From positions 1 to 64,000 of IMG/VR virus record IMGVR_UViG_3300021387_000299: a stretch of DNA of 64,000 nucleotides; one strand, 5' to 3'. The DNA comes from a virus. Its lineage: Duplodnaviria; Caudoviricetes. Numbering within the stretch: position 1 is the first letter of the stretch; every line of letters begins with the position of its first letter. This document shows positions 27,661 through 38,530 of this stretch, piece after piece. Position numbers and translations under genes: made by a program. Under the pieces are notes generated by a model, which had not been told where the DNA came from, did not search any database, and saw only the letters and a list, made by a program, of their open reading frames with translations.

Positions 27661-29569
27661 AGATAAAACTTTATATGATGCCAATAGTATTGAATCTCTT
27701 TCACCGTTAGAGTTTACAAGATTAAGACCAGGAGTATATGCAGGTGATACCACATATTCAACTCAACTTTTGGTTGAAATTTTATCTAATTCTATTGATG
27801 AATTTAGATTAGGTCATGGCAATAAAATTGAAATATTCATTGATAAAGATAAAGTTAAAGTTCGAGATTATGGACAGGGTTTTATCCCTAATTCTTTTAG
27901 AGAAGATGGGAAAACAATTCTTGAAGCAGCATTTAGTGTTTTAAATACTTCAGGAAAATATCGTGAAGATGGAACATATGAAGGAACTTCTCTTGGTTCT
28001 TTCGGTATTGGTAGTAAAATTACCACTTTTTTATCTCATACTTTACGAGTATGTACTTATAGAGATGGTGATTCAGAAGATATTATGTTCAAAGAGGGCG
28101 TTTTTGATAAACGTAGTTCATTAAAAAGCTCTAATTTTCAAAATGGTACCGTTGTAGAATGGCAGCCTTCTGAAGAATTTTTTACTTATACAGAAGTAGA
28201 AATTTCTAAAGTAAAAGATCTTTGCAAAACTATTACTGCATTATGTCCAGGATTAACAATCAATCTTAATGATAACGGAAAAGAAACTACTTACTTCTCA
28301 AAAAATGGTATTAATGATTTAGTAGATGGTGCCGTAAAAGATAAAGAGTTGATTGATAATAGATTTGTAATGAATTTTACAAATGGTAAGAATAAAATGG
28401 ATATGGTAATGACCTATACATCTGCATATGGTTCTACTATTGTTCCTTATGTCAATACCGGTCTTACCGAAACAGGTCAGCATATTACACAGGTAAAAAC
28501 CATTTTAACAAGAGAATTTAACAAATTCTTTAAAGAAAAGAAATGGCTCAAAGATAAAGATGAAAATTTAACTGGTGATGATATCCAAGAAGGCTTATAT
28601 GTTGTTTTCAATATCACAGCACCAGGAGTAGCATATGATGCTCAGGTTAAATCAAGAATTACTAAAATTGATATGGCGCCTTTCACAAGAGCAATTATTG
28701 ATAATCTTGAAGCATGGATGAATGCCAATGAAAAAGAGGTTAAGTTAATTGCGGATAAGGCTATCAATGCTCGCAAGGCTAGAGAAGCCGCAAAGAAGGC
28801 TCGTGATAACGCCCGCGCGCAAACAAAAAAGAGAGAAAAAGCCTTAAAATTTGATAAGAAATTAGCAGATTGTAAAGGAAAGCCTAGAAAAGATTGTGAA
28901 ATTTATATCACAGAGGGTGATTCTGCATCTGCTAACTTAAAAATGGCAAGAGATAATTCATTCCAAGCTGTTATGCCAGTAAGAGGTAAAATTCTTAACA
29001 CTCAGAAAGCAACAATAGATAAGATTCAAAAGAACGCAGAAATTATGTCAATGATTGATGCTTTTGGATTAACTATTGATCTTAAAACAATGAAAATTAC
29101 ATATCGTCCAGAAGATTTAAGATATGGCAAGATTATTATTGAATCTGATGCTGACGTTGATGGCGCGCATATTAAAAATCTGTTCTACACATTTATCTGG
29201 AACTTTTGTCCACAGTTAATTGAAGACGGATATGTATATGCGGGAGTGCCACCGCTTTATAAGATTACTTTGCCTGGAAATAAGGGTTATAAATATTTAA
29301 AGGATGATGCGGCTCTTGAAAAGTTTAGAAACCAGAACAAAGGTGTAAATTATCTGGTTAATCGTTTAAAAGGGTTAGGTGAAATGTCGGTTGAAGAGAC
29401 GGAAGAAACTTTAACTGACCCTGAAAATAGAATCATTAAGCAGATTACTGTTGAGGACGTTGCAACAACAGATCAATTATTCGAAACTCTTATGGGCCAA
29501 AGCGCTAGTTTAAGAAAAGAATATATTAAGGAACATAGTAATGAAGCGGGGTTATATAATGCAGAATAG
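27647..29569 (+). CDS. gyrB: type IIA topoisomerase (gyrase) subunit B
   Basis: EILSNSIDE, EGDSA, PVRGKILN, DADVDG, KGLGEM. Confidence 0.93.
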   Translation: MTVNKDKTLYDANSIESLSPLEFTRLRPGVYAGDTTYSTQLLVEILSNSIDEFRLGHGNKIEIFIDKDKVKVRDYGQGFIPNSFREDGKTILEAAFSVLNTSGKYREDGTYEGTSLGSFGIGSKITTFLSHTLRVCTYRDGDSEDIMFKEGVFDKRSSLKSSNFQNGTVVEWQPSEEFFTYTEVEISKVKDLCKTITALCPGLTINLNDNGKETTYFSKNGINDLVDGAVKDKELIDNRFVMNFTNGKNKMDMVMTYTSAYGSTIVPYVNTGLTETGQHITQVKTILTREFNKFFKEKKWLKDKDENLTGDDIQEGLYVVFNITAPGVAYDAQVKSRITKIDMAPFTRAIIDNLEAWMNANEKEVKLIADKAINARKAREAAKKARDNARAQTKKREKALKFDKKLADCKGKPRKDCEIYITEGDSASANLKMARDNSFQAVMPVRGKILNTQKATIDKIQKNAEIMSMIDAFGLTIDLKTMKITYRPEDLRYGKIIIESDADVDGAHIKNLFYTFIWNFCPQLIEDGYVYAGVPPLYKITLPGNKGYKYLKDDAALEKFRNQNKGVNYLVNRLKGLGEMSVEETEETLTDPENRIIKQITVEDVATTDQLFETLMGQSASLRKEYIKEHSNEAGLYNAE

Positions 29570-29774
29570 TATAAAATTAAGAGCGTTAAGAGAAATATAT
29601 GACGAAGATTTTAAGACTCAAGCAGCATTAAAATATCCAAATATTCCAAAAGGAGAAATTGTAGAATATTTAGGAGAATTTCGTAATTTTTATGGAGACT
29701 ATGTTAAAGTATTATGGAATAATCGACGATATAATACAACCTGGGATAAATTGGAGGTAATTAATGCAGAATAA
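29559..29774 (+). CDS. small hypothetical protein inserted between gyrB and gyrA
   Basis: Overlaps both neighbours; flanked by 12-bp direct repeat. Confidence 0.65.
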   Translation: MQNSIKLRALREIYDEDFKTQAALKYPNIPKGEIVEYLGEFRNFYGDYVKVLWNNRRYNTTWDKLEVINAE

Positions 29775-32088
29775 CGATATTTATAATGAATTACACACTA
29801 ATTTTATTGAATATGCATATGCCGTTAATTCCGATCGTGCTATCCCCAGTGCCGCAGATGGTTTAAAACCGGTAGCAAAGCGTATCTTATACTCCTGCCT
29901 TATGGAAGGACGCACGTATTCAAAACCGCATGTTAAAGCTGCTCGTATTGTTGGAGATGTAATGGGTAAATTACATCCTCATGGCGATAGCTCAATCTAT
30001 GGAGCAATGGTTCGACTTTCTCAGGATTGGGTCATGCGTTATCCTCTTATTGACTGGCATGGAAGTAATGGCAATATTGTAGGAGATGGACCTGCGGCAC
30101 AGCGTTATACAGAAGCAAAACTTACAAAAATTTCAGAAGATGGACTATTACAAGGTTTAAAAAAGAGGAATGTTGATTTTGTTCCTACTTATGATGAATT
30201 AGATGAAGAACCAGTAGTTCTTCCATCTTATTTTCCGAATCTTCTTTGCAATCCAAATAGCGGAATTGGCGTAGCTTTAGCTTGCTCTTGGGCACCACAT
30301 AATCTAACAGAAGTTGCCAAAGCAATTAACGACTATATTGATGGCAAAGAACCAATGCTTCCAGGTCCTGATTTTCCTACAGGTGGAATTGTTATCAATA
30401 AAAATGATATTCCATCTATTATGAAAACTGGCCATGGTAGTGTAAAAATTCGCGCAAAATATAAAAAAGAAAAGAACAATCTTGTTTTTTATGAAATTCC
30501 ATATGGAACTAATATTGAATCTTTGATTGCAGAAATTGGTGAGGCCGCAGAAGAACTTGACGGAATTGTCGATATTCGTGATGAAACAAATAAAAAAGGC
30601 GTTAGAATTGTAGTTGAATGTGATAGAAATCCAGATTATATTGCAATGCAACTATTTAATAAAACTAACCTACAATCAAGTTTCTCATACAATCAGGTTG
30701 CACTGATTGGTAAAACTCCAACAGAGTTAAATCTTAAAGATTGCTGTAAAATTTATGTTGATCATGGTTTGGCTTGTTTGGGAAAAGAAAAAGAATTTGA
30801 TTTAAATAAAGCAAAAGCAAGACTACATATTATTGAAGGATTGCTAAAGGCTCTTGAAGATATTGATAATATCATCACTTTAATTAAGAAATCTGAATCT
30901 GCGGCTGCGGCAAAAGAAAAATTAATTAATACATATGATTTCTCTGAAGCGCAAGCAAAAGCTATTCTCGCCATGAGATTGCGAAGTTTAGCAAATTTAG
31001 AGAGAATTGAACTTGAAAAAGAGAAAAAAGATCTGATTAGTATTGTTAATGATCTAACCGATTGGCTTGAAAATAAGGAACGACAAATCAATGAATTAAA
31101 ATCAATCCTTGCAAATTTGGTTGAGAAATATGGTGATGCTAGAAGAACTGAATTAACTCAACTTGAAATTAAAAAAGAAGATAAAGAAATTCAGTTTGTT
31201 GAGCCGGAAAAGGTTGTTGTAATCATGTCTGATTCTGGTTTAATCAAGCGCATTCCCGCTAGCTCATTCCGCACTCAGCGTAGAGGCGGTAAAGGAGTCA
31301 AAACTGCTGATGATATTGTGAATGCAGTAATCCGCACAAATACAGTAGATTCCTTAATGATCTTCTCTGATAAGGGCAATATGTATCGCTTAATTGTTGA
31401 TTCAATTCCAGAAGGCACAAATACTACAAAGGGTATTTCAATTAAAAATCTGATTCAAATGCAACTAGATGAAAATCCTACTGTAATTTATTCAATTTAT
31501 AGGGATACCAATGCAAAATATGTATTATTCACAACTAAAAATGGATTAATTAAAAAGACTTCTTTAGAAGAATATACTAAGACTAAAAAGAAAACTGGTA
31601 TTGCCGCAATCGCTCTAAAAGATGGAGATAACTTAGCATCTGTTTCATTGGTTAATGATGAGCCAGTTATTATGCTTACTAAGAAAGGTATGTGTATTAA
31701 GTTTAATTCAACTGAAATTTCGGCAACTTCAAGAGCAACTTCTGGAGTAAAAGGAATTAACCTTAATGATGATGATGAAGTAGTAACTACTTTAGTTGTT
31801 AGAAATGCTGGAGATTACTTGAGTATTTTCTCTACTGGCGGATTCACAAAGAAAATTGCACCAAAAGATCTGGTAACTCAGAGACGTGGCGGTAAGGGTG
31901 TTATCTGCTATAAAAATGGAGATGATACAATTGCGGGTGGTGCTTTGTTAAGCGATGAAGATTCAGTTTTAATTATCGGTTCATCAAAGTCTATATGCAT
32001 TCCTGCAACAGATATTCCTTTATTGGGTAGAACGGCAGCTGGAAATATTGCAATTAAAGATAAGATACAATCCATTTCAAAAGTATAA
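29764..32088 (+). CDS. gyrA: DNA gyrase subunit A
   Basis: DGLKPV, HPHGDSS, AAQRYTE, GyrA-box QRRGGKG. Confidence 0.93.
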   Translation: MQNNDIYNELHTNFIEYAYAVNSDRAIPSAADGLKPVAKRILYSCLMEGRTYSKPHVKAARIVGDVMGKLHPHGDSSIYGAMVRLSQDWVMRYPLIDWHGSNGNIVGDGPAAQRYTEAKLTKISEDGLLQGLKKRNVDFVPTYDELDEEPVVLPSYFPNLLCNPNSGIGVALACSWAPHNLTEVAKAINDYIDGKEPMLPGPDFPTGGIVINKNDIPSIMKTGHGSVKIRAKYKKEKNNLVFYEIPYGTNIESLIAEIGEAAEELDGIVDIRDETNKKGVRIVVECDRNPDYIAMQLFNKTNLQSSFSYNQVALIGKTPTELNLKDCCKIYVDHGLACLGKEKEFDLNKAKARLHIIEGLLKALEDIDNIITLIKKSESAAAAKEKLINTYDFSEAQAKAILAMRLRSLANLERIELEKEKKDLISIVNDLTDWLENKERQINELKSILANLVEKYGDARRTELTQLEIKKEDKEIQFVEPEKVVVIMSDSGLIKRIPASSFRTQRRGGKGVKTADDIVNAVIRTNTVDSLMIFSDKGNMYRLIVDSIPEGTNTTKGISIKNLIQMQLDENPTVIYSIYRDTNAKYVLFTTKNGLIKKTSLEEYTKTKKKTGIAAIALKDGDNLASVSLVNDEPVIMLTKKGMCIKFNSTEISATSRATSGVKGINLNDDDEVVTTLVVRNAGDYLSIFSTGGFTKKIAPKDLVTQRRGGKGVICYKNGDDTIAGGALLSDEDSVLIIGSSKSICIPATDIPLLGRTAAGNIAIKDKIQSISKV

Positions 32089-32160
32089 AGAAAAGGCAGA
32101 AATGTCTTTTCTTTATATAAAAAATATGATATAATAAATATAGGATGAAGGAGAAAAATT

Positions 32161-32427
32161 ATGCATAACATAAATTATACAGTTTATCATTGCAGTAAGA
32201 CAGAAAAGCAGATTTTAAAAGATTTGAACAAATGGGCATATTGTCCAGAAGAAACAACTGGTTATCATGGCAACATTACTTTTCATAGAAATTTAGTTTT
32301 TAAGAATGAGGATGAAGCCCGTGAAGCTATTGACAAATTGGATAAAGGCTGGTATGATGATCATGCTGTAATGTTTAAAGAAGGAAGAAAGAAATTTTGG
32401 TTAGTAAAAACGGAATATCATAGTTAA
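32161..32427 (+). CDS. hypothetical protein
   Basis: RBS aaggag. Confidence 0.7.
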   Translation: MHNINYTVYHCSKTEKQILKDLNKWAYCPEETTGYHGNITFHRNLVFKNEDEAREAIDKLDKGWYDDHAVMFKEGRKKFWLVKTEYHS

Positions 32428-32429
32428 AT

Positions 32430-34430
32430 ATGGAAGCAACTAAAGAAAAGATTAAAGAATTAATAAAAAAATTAAATGCAGCTAGTTATGCATATTACAA
32501 TTCAGATTCTCCGATTATGAGTGATGAAGAATATGATTATAATTTGGAACAACTTCAAAAACTCGAACAATCGTCAGGATTCATTTTCTCCAATAGTCCT
32601 ACTCAAGTAGTAGGAGCGCCGATATTATCAGAATTGAAAAAAGTTCCTATTACACCAAAACCAATGCTCAGTCTTGACAAGTGCCACTCCGACGAGGAGG
32701 TTGCGGCATTTGCGGGAACTCACTCAATGATTGCGATGGTTAAACTCGATGGTTTATCCGTTCGCATCAAATATAATAATGGTAAATTGATGTCCGCAAA
32801 CACCCGCGGTAATGGAGTTGAAGGCACTGATATTACTGAGCATATTAAGCAATTCCAAAATGTTCCATTAGAAATTCCATATAAAGGCGAGTTTATAATT
32901 GATGGTGAAGCGATAATTAAAATTCCAGACTTTGAAGAAATTAATAAAAATGGTGAATTTAAAAATCCAAGAAATGCGGCAGCTGGCGCATTAAATGTTC
33001 TTGATACCAAACTGGTAAAAGATAGAAAATTATCTTTTATTGCTTGGGATATTATTAAACAATTAGAAATTAATGCTTTTGGCGATACGTATGGGGATTT
33101 AGTCTATTTAAGTGATAGATTAAATTTTGCGCAAACGCTTGGATTTGAATCAGTATTTTTTATTACAAATATCCCATTGGATGAAATTCATTCTGTAAAT
33201 AATATAATTATGTCTTTTAAAGATGAATATCCTTGTGATGGGGTAGTCTGGAAATATAATAATTGCGATTATGGAGATTCTTTGGGACAGACTTCCCATC
33301 ACTTTAAAAATGGTATTGCTTGGAAACCAGAAGTAGAAACAGTTGAAACAAAATTAAAATTTATTGACTGGACTATGGGTAGAACTGGAGCATTAACTCC
33401 AGTTGCAGTATTTGAACCAGTAGAGTTAGATGGCTCTACTATTGAACGAGCAAGTCTTCATAATTATAGCATAATGCGCAAAGTATTAGGTGATTGCGCT
33501 TATGTTGGTGAAAATTTAACTATTTTTAAAGCGAATTTGATCATCCCTCAAATTTTAGAGGCCGGCCCATTTTATAATTATGGTGAGATTGTCGCGGCCG
33601 GCGGCGTCTCCGCACATGATGAACTAGAGTATTGTCCAGTTTGTCATGGAAAAGTAGAATTAGTAACGTCTGCTGATGGCGTTACTAATTATGTCTGCAT
33701 GAATCCAAATTGCCAAGGCAAATTGGTTAATAAATTAGATCACTTTTGTGGTAAAAAAGGTCTTGATATTAAAGGATTATCTAACGCAACCCTTGAGAAA
33801 TTAATTGATTGGGGTTGGATTGAAAAAATTAGTGACTTATATAATTTAAAATCTTATCGGAATGAATGGGTTTTAAAACCTGGTTTTGGAGCTAAATCAG
33901 TAGATAAGATACTTGCGGCAATTGAAGATTCAAAGCAAACAGATTTAGAATCTTTCATATCGGCTATTGGAATTCCATTAATTGGTAGAAATGTAGCAAA
34001 GGAAATTTGCAAACATGTAGATAGTTATGATGATTTTAGACAATTGGTTAAAGATAATTTTAAATTCTATCAGTGGGATTCTTTTGGTCCAGAAAAATCA
34101 GAAAGTTTATTGGCTTATAACTATGAAGATGCTGATTATATTTCAACTTTAATTACTTTTAAAAAGGAAGTGGTTGTATCAACTATTTCAAATTCATTAG
34201 AAAATTTAACCATATGCATTACTGGAAAACTATATAATTATAAAAATAGGGCAAGTCTTCAAAAAGATATTGAAGATAGAGGAGGAAAGGTTTCCAGTTC
34301 AGTGTCTTCAAAAACTAACTATTTAATTAATAATGATAATACAAGCACTTCAAGCAAGAATTTAACCGCTCAAAAGCTAGGAGTAAAAATTCTTACAGAA
34401 GAAGAATTTATTCAAAAATTCTTGCATTAA
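32430..34430 (+). CDS. ligA: NAD-dependent DNA ligase
   Basis: KLDG, TRGNG, NPRNAAAG, Zn finger, BRCT. Confidence 0.95.
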   Translation: MEATKEKIKELIKKLNAASYAYYNSDSPIMSDEEYDYNLEQLQKLEQSSGFIFSNSPTQVVGAPILSELKKVPITPKPMLSLDKCHSDEEVAAFAGTHSMIAMVKLDGLSVRIKYNNGKLMSANTRGNGVEGTDITEHIKQFQNVPLEIPYKGEFIIDGEAIIKIPDFEEINKNGEFKNPRNAAAGALNVLDTKLVKDRKLSFIAWDIIKQLEINAFGDTYGDLVYLSDRLNFAQTLGFESVFFITNIPLDEIHSVNNIIMSFKDEYPCDGVVWKYNNCDYGDSLGQTSHHFKNGIAWKPEVETVETKLKFIDWTMGRTGALTPVAVFEPVELDGSTIERASLHNYSIMRKVLGDCAYVGENLTIFKANLIIPQILEAGPFYNYGEIVAAGGVSAHDELEYCPVCHGKVELVTSADGVTNYVCMNPNCQGKLVNKLDHFCGKKGLDIKGLSNATLEKLIDWGWIEKISDLYNLKSYRNEWVLKPGFGAKSVDKILAAIEDSKQTDLESFISAIGIPLIGRNVAKEICKHVDSYDDFRQLVKDNFKFYQWDSFGPEKSESLLAYNYEDADYISTLITFKKEVVVSTISNSLENLTICITGKLYNYKNRASLQKDIEDRGGKVSSSVSSKTNYLINNDNTSTSSKNLTAQKLGVKILTEEEFIQKFLH

Positions 34431-34476
34431 GAAAAAAAATTATGTATAATATAATCGTAAAAATTAGAGAACAGAT

Positions 34477-34671
34477 ATGGCAAGCAAGTCGTTAAAAAAG
34501 AAAATTGCCCGCAAGATTGCGGAAGCGGAGCGAATAATTCAGAATAGTCGAGACAAGCGAGCTGTAGAGTCAGCAGAAGAAGAAATCGTAAATCTAACTG
34601 TCAAATATAATTTGGGATTAGAAGACATGATCGACATAGATGATATGGTTCAAGGAATCTTAAAAAATTAA
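34477..34671 (+). CDS. hypothetical protein
   Basis: Promoter-proximal ORF. Confidence 0.65.
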   Translation: MASKSLKKKIARKIAEAERIIQNSRDKRAVESAEEEIVNLTVKYNLGLEDMIDIDDMVQGILKN

Positions 34672-34735
34672 ATTGACTTAAATAAAAATTTGTGATATAA
34701 TTTTTACATAAAATAAAATAAAGGAGAACGGAATT

Positions 34736-35002
34736 ATGGCAATGAAGGAAAATTCAAAGAAAGTATTAATGTATCTTAAGGAACACAATGGAGAAGATTT
34801 AACAGCTGCTGATGTTGCAGAAGCACTCGGTCTTGATAAGAGATCTGTAGATGGAATCTTTACATCTGCTATTCAGCGTAAGAAGCTTGGTGTTCGTACA
34901 CCTGCTGAGATTGAGCTTGAGAATGGAACTCATAAAGCTATCAAGCTTCTTAGCTTAAACGAAGCTGGTATGGCCTTCGATCCTGATGCAGATGCTGAGT
35001 AA
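34736..35002 (+). CDS. winged-helix DNA-binding protein
   Basis: LTAADVAEALGL; promoter TTGACT-17-TATAAT at 34673-34701. Confidence 0.75.
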   Translation: MAMKENSKKVLMYLKEHNGEDLTAADVAEALGLDKRSVDGIFTSAIQRKKLGVRTPAEIELENGTHKAIKLLSLNEAGMAFDPDADAE

Positions 35003-35074
35003 TTAAGTTAATTCGTAGCTATAAAATAGGGGTAGGTAAAAATTAATCTACCCCTTCTTTTTTAAGGAGTAAAT

Positions 35075-36055
35075 ATGATTTGAGTTTTATTAATAATTAT
35101 ATTGATATTAATAGGTATAATAGTATTTTTATTTCCCAAACATAAACTAGATCAAGAAATAGTTCAAAAAAATAATGAACTCAAAGAAAATTTAACAAAA
35201 TTAACTGCGGATATTGCATCTGCGGAAACTGAAAATCGCGCATTAGAAAAACAAAAAGATTCACTCAATGCTGACATTGAAACAATTAGCGCACAGGCTG
35301 TGGCAACTACAAATGAAATTTATCAAAAATCATATGATTTAATGCAAGAAAAATTTTCTCAGTCTGCTGAACTTGCGGCAAAACAATACCAAGAGACAGA
35401 AGAAAAATATCAGCAAGAGTATCTAGCAATAATGGCAGATAGTGTAAAAAGATTTTCTGATACTATCGAAATGAAACAGGCTGAATTAACAACTGTTACA
35501 GAAGCATTGAATATTTTGAAAGAAAAAGCCAAAGCAGCTATTGCCGCAGATAAGAGAAGAGTTTTGGAAGAAGAAGAAAAAAATTACTATAAAATTTCTA
35601 TTTCAGAAAATGCATTAGCAGATATACAAATTTTAAGAGAGGTTATTAAACAATTAAAATGTGATCCATTACCTATTAATAAAGTTATATGGGAAGTTTA
35701 TTATAAAAATCCTACAACAAATTTATTAGGACGGTTAGTTCCTACTGGAACTACTCATATTGGTATATATAAAATTACTAATATAGAAACAGGACAGTGC
35801 TATATTGGTCAATCTGTTGATCTTCGTTCAAGAATTCGAGATCATATTAAAGCTGGTTTAGGTATTAATTCGTCAAATAATAAATTTTATTCAGAAATGA
35901 AAAATATTGGCCCAGAAAAATTTATGTACGAAATCATTGAAGAATGTCCAAAAGAACAGTTAAATGAACGTGAACGCTACTGGATCAATTTTTATGAAAG
36001 TACTGATTGGGGCTATAATTCAACTATTGGAAATAAGGATAAGAGAAATGATTAA
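35075..36055 (+). CDS. membrane-anchored coiled-coil GIY-YIG nuclease (TGA at codon 3)
   Basis: RBS aaggag then ATG ATT TGA; TM helix; GIYKITN...YIGQS...R...E..WI...GYN. Confidence 0.8.
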
Positions 36056-36314
36056 AATTATTGGAGAGCCTGGTTCAGGCAAAACAAGACAGCTTATGGA
36101 GCGCTGTCAATTAGAAGATGCAACTTTTGTTTGCAGGAATCCGGAAGCAATGAGAGTAAAAGCTCATTCTTATGGATATAATATCAATATTATATCTTAT
36201 TTAGATTTTTTACAAACTTCAAAATATAATAAAAACAATGCATATCTTGATGATATTGATGAATTTCTCCCAATGATCGGATGTAATTGTAAAGGATTTG
36301 GAGGTAATTTATAA
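36048..36314 (+). CDS. small P-loop protein
   Basis: GEPGSGKT, LDDIDE. Confidence 0.7.
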   Translation: MIKIIGEPGSGKTRQLMERCQLEDATFVCRNPEAMRVKAHSYGYNINIISYLDFLQTSKYNKNNAYLDDIDEFLPMIGCNCKGFGGNL

Positions 36315-37126
36315 TGAAATTTGGAAATGTTTCAGTAAATAATTTTGAAGGTGCCTTTAGAGGAATGCGCAATCCATTAAATAGTTGGAATAAGTCTGAT
36401 AGTGAATTTGGAATATATGATTATGACTATGAAACAGACGTTTTGGTAGGCTTAAGATGGGCACGTAATAGATATCCAGATTTAGATGAAGATTCTATAG
36501 AATTCACAGAAAAGCATGAAGCAGCCACGAATTGGTTGAAAGAAAATCAAACGTTTAAAAATTCTTATGAGCCATTCTTTATAGGTGCTTATATTGGTCC
36601 AAATGATATGGATCTTGCTCAACGTTTATGCAAAGCTGGACCAGAACATCGCAAATTTTTACGTCAAATTCAGGTGTGTGTAGATATTATTGCTCCATTA
36701 TATTGGTGGAAAGAATTTGATACTTATAAGATTGGAACTGTAGCTAATTCTACATCAACAATGCATAAATTAGCCTCAACTTCAATTACTATTGATTGTT
36801 TTGAAATAAGTGATTATGAAGATCGTCTCCAGCTTATTGATCCAGCAATTATTGATGTAAGAGTTAATAGTTTCCTAGATAGTCTAGAACAATTACGCCA
36901 GTTGTATAATCAGACAAAAGACAAACGCTATTGGAAAGAATTAGTTCGTTGGTTGCCAAGTGGATGGTTACAGACTCGAACAGTTACATTGAATTATGAA
37001 AATTTGCGCAGCATCTGCGCGCAGAGGGAAAATCATAAATTGACTGAATGGCATCAATTTGTTGATTGGGTGCATACGCTTCCTTATGCAAACGAACTTA
37101 TTTTCGACCAAGAGGTTGCCTTTTAA
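36314..37126 (+). CDS. ThyX-like protein (putative FAD-dependent thymidylate synthase family)
   Basis: HRKFLR, APLYWWKEFDTY, STMH, LP, NYENLR..QR..HKL.EW. Confidence 0.55.
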   Translation: MKFGNVSVNNFEGAFRGMRNPLNSWNKSDSEFGIYDYDYETDVLVGLRWARNRYPDLDEDSIEFTEKHEAATNWLKENQTFKNSYEPFFIGAYIGPNDMDLAQRLCKAGPEHRKFLRQIQVCVDIIAPLYWWKEFDTYKIGTVANSTSTMHKLASTSITIDCFEISDYEDRLQLIDPAIIDVRVNSFLDSLEQLRQLYNQTKDKRYWKELVRWLPSGWLQTRTVTLNYENLRSICAQRENHKLTEWHQFVDWVHTLPYANELIFDQEVAF

Positions 37127-37175
37127 CAAAAAATTTGTTATAATATAATTACAATGATTGAAAGGTAATTTAAAA

Positions 37176-37526
37176 ATGAAAGATGAGTTTTTAAAGTTTA
37201 TTGATGATTTAATTTCACATGATAAGGATTATGCAGATAGTATTATGACAGATGATGTAAAAGCATACCTTGAAATCTTACGAACTGGTGAGGATGGTTC
37301 TAAGCCAGAAATTACAGACAATGGAAAAGTCGTTTTACAGTATATGCAAGATAATAATATTAAAATGGCGAAATCTAAAGATATTGCGGAAGGACTAGGT
37401 ATTTCTTCAAGAGCAGTATCTGGTACGTTGCGTAAGCTCGTTAATGATGGATTTGCTGAAAAAATTGGAAAAGATCCTGTAATATATACATTAAGCGAAA
37501 AAGGAAAGAATTATAAAATTGATTAA
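37176..37526 (+). CDS. winged-helix transcriptional regulator
   Basis: SKDIAEGLGISSRAVSGTLRKLV.DGF. Confidence 0.75.
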   Translation: MKDEFLKFIDDLISHDKDYADSIMTDDVKAYLEILRTGEDGSKPEITDNGKVVLQYMQDNNIKMAKSKDIAEGLGISSRAVSGTLRKLVNDGFAEKIGKDPVIYTLSEKGKNYKID

Positions 37527-37537
37527 GGAGAATTAAG

Positions 37538-38518
37538 ATGAAGAAATTATTAAATTCAGCAAGAATTGAAGGAATTTTGTATCAGCATAGCCTTGAACTT
37601 AAGGTTTCTGGACCGAATTCCAAAAAGCCAGGTACAGAGTTTATCTCTGGCACAATCGACATCGCAACAAATGATAAGAAAACAAATATTGTTCCAGTTC
37701 ATTTCACATATGTAACTGCGGTAACTTCAAATGGAAAGGAAAATGCAACCTTTGGAACATTGAAGAATATTATTGATGGAAAGATTGGTTGCTATACAAA
37801 TCCAGAAGTTGGAGAAAATGCGGCAAAGGTTAGAGTTGATACCTCAATTGGATTGAATGAGTTCTATTCTGATAGAAATGGTACAGAACAGCTTGTTTCG
37901 GTTAAGAGAAACGAGGGTGGATTTGTTCATGTAGTTCAGTCTATTAGTGAAAATGAAAAGCAGAGAAGTACATTCGAAGTTGATATTGTAATTGTTGGAG
38001 TTAGAGAGAAAGATCCTGTTGAAGATGAGAGCGGAAATGTTATTGCTCCTGCAAAAGCAATTATTGATGGCAGAATCTTCAATGATTTTAGAAAAGAAAT
38101 TTTACCAGTAGAATTATCAGCAATTAATCCAAAGGCAATTGATTACTTTGTTGGATTGGAAGCTACATCAAAGCATCCTGTATTTACTAAGGTAAGAGGT
38201 CAGATTGTTTCTGAACAGATTACAAGACCGATTCATGAAGAGTCTGCGTTCGGTGAAGATTTTGTTAGAGAGGTTCAGACTTCAAATAGAGATTATGTAG
38301 TTACATGGGCAGCTCAGGAGCCATATGACTTTGGTTCAGAAGAGGTATTGACATTTGAAGATCTTCAGAAAATGGCTCAGACTCGTGAAAATATGTTGGC
38401 AACGTTAAAGGCTCGTAGAGAGGAATGGAAAGCAAGTCAGGGCAATGCGATTGGTTCAGCACCTAAGGCTACAACTTCTACTCCTGCGGCACCAGCAGTT
38501 GACGAATTTAATTTCTAA
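37538..38518 (+). CDS. single-stranded DNA-binding protein
   Basis: Two OB-like halves, acidic-aromatic tail DEFNF, next to AAA ATPase. Confidence 0.65.
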   Translation: MKKLLNSARIEGILYQHSLELKVSGPNSKKPGTEFISGTIDIATNDKKTNIVPVHFTYVTAVTSNGKENATFGTLKNIIDGKIGCYTNPEVGENAAKVRVDTSIGLNEFYSDRNGTEQLVSVKRNEGGFVHVVQSISENEKQRSTFEVDIVIVGVREKDPVEDESGNVIAPAKAIIDGRIFNDFRKEILPVELSAINPKAIDYFVGLEATSKHPVFTKVRGQIVSEQITRPIHEESAFGEDFVREVQTSNRDYVVTWAAQEPYDFGSEEVLTFEDLQKMAQTRENMLATLKARREEWKASQGNAIGSAPKATTSTPAAPAVDEFNF

Positions 38519-38530
38519 TAGGGGGTAATT

